Shown here one piece after another: positions 62,764 to 64,000 of a stretch of 64,000 nt of DNA. Source of the DNA: Squalus acanthias (taxonomy: Eukaryota). The stretch spans positions 100,008,001 to 100,072,000 of the forward strand of contig CM059431.1 in the NCBI GenBank assembly GCA_030390025.1. Reading direction: 5' to 3'. The notes under the pieces are model-generated. The model was not told where the DNA came from. It did no database searches and saw nothing but the letters and a program-made list of their open reading frames with translations. The position numbers and the translations under genes were made by a program. Numbering within the stretch: position 1 is the stretch's first letter; each line of letters starts with the position of its first letter.

Positions 62764-64000
62764 TCTAAGTTGTGCCTCCACTCGTCATAGTCGCACAGCA
62801 CAGCAGGAGGCCGTTCGGCCCATCGTGCCTGTGCCGGCTCTTAGAAAGAGCTCTCCAATTAGTCCTACTCCCCCCTGCTCTTTCCCCACAGCCCTGCAAG
62901 TTTCTCCCCTTTTAAGTATTTATCCAATTCCCTTTTGAAAGTTGCTATTGAATCTGCTTCCACCGCCCTTTCAGGCAGCGCATTCCAGACCACAACAACT
63001 CGCTGCGTAAAAAAGAAATTCTCCTCATCTCCCCTCTGGTTCTTTTGCCAATTACCTTCAATCTGTGCCCTCTGGTCACCGACCCTCCTGCCACTGGAAA
63101 CAGTTTCTCCTTATTTACTCTATCAAAACCCTTTGTGATTTTGAACGCCTCCAATAAATCTCCCCTCAACCATCTCTGCTCTAAGGAGAACATTCCCAGC
63201 TTCTCCAGTCTCTCCACGTAACTGAAGTCCCTCATCCCTGGTACCATTCTGGTAAATCTCCTCTGCACCCTCTCCAAGACCTTGACATCCTTCCTAAAGT
63301 GCGGTGTCCCAGAATTGGACACAATACTCCAGCTGGGGCCTAACCAGTGATTTTATAAAGGTTTAGAATAACTTCCTGGCTTTTGTACTGTATGCCTCTA
63401 TTTATACGCCCATGATCCAGTGTGCTTTATTAACAGCCTTGTGTGCTGTGTCAGTTGTTTATTATTTAAAGGAATATCATAAAACAGAAGTGGAACCTGA
63501 AATTATTAAAATTAGAGAGAATATAATGAGTGGGAATGGCCATGATGCCATCCACACCAAAGGCACGACCGCCAATGGTGGAGCGATGAAAATCAGGAAT
63601 CTGGGAGGGCTGTAGGGCTAGAGGAGGTTACGGAGATAGGGAGGGGGGGCGAGGAAGGATTTGAACACTAGGATGAGAATTTTGTAATCGAGGCGTTGCC
63701 GGACCGGGAGCCAATGTAGGTCAGCAAGCACAGGGGTGATGGGTGAACGGGACTTGGTGCGAGTTAGGACACGGGGCAGCCGAGTTTTGGATGAGCTCAA
63801 GGTGGAAGGTGGGCGGCTGGCCTGGAGAGAATTGGAATGGTCGAATCTGAAGGTGATTACATGTTGCATCTATTTCCTCTGAATAAATGGAAGTTCAGAA
63901 GATCCGAGCAGTCGGAGAAAATCCTTATTGCCCCTGACCCTTGGCTATCCGAGTGTGCCGATGAGCAAAGGCTACATCACATTGCCTCGCAGGAAGGATC

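Overview
Eukaryotic, repeat-saturated vertebrate DNA, most likely a cartilaginous fish (shark): it carries CR1 and L2 LINEs, Deu-type tRNA SINEs, Penelope fragments and PIF/Harbinger elements. It is not prokaryotic. The + strand holds the first two coding exons of NALCN (sodium leak channel; 51574-51681 and 57979-58161). The - strand holds a signal-peptide exon at 8202-8281, probably exon 1 of ITGBL1, the head-to-head neighbour of NALCN in other vertebrates. Between the two genes lie a ~24.8 kb minisatellite of 33-bp units (~10628-35448) with higher-order duplications, and a five-layer transposon stack built around a decayed two-gene Harbinger (Myb/SANT protein plus DDE transposase). The 33-bp array produces all the huge repetitive ORFs in the track, and these are almost certainly not genes. 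Most notable observations: four minimal hammerhead-ribozyme motifs in Penelope-type repeats; a 32-bp minisatellite grown inside a TA-flanked Tc1/mariner-type element in a NALCN intron; minisatellites visibly arising from LINE ends, with a possible CR1-RT origin for the giant array; an inverted Penelope insertion enclosing a copy of neighbouring DNA; and a hAT MITE sitting on a catalytic-motif Asp of the Harbinger transposase. I see no well-supported wholly new system. Family names come from recalled motifs rather than searches, and repeat boundaries are approximate.
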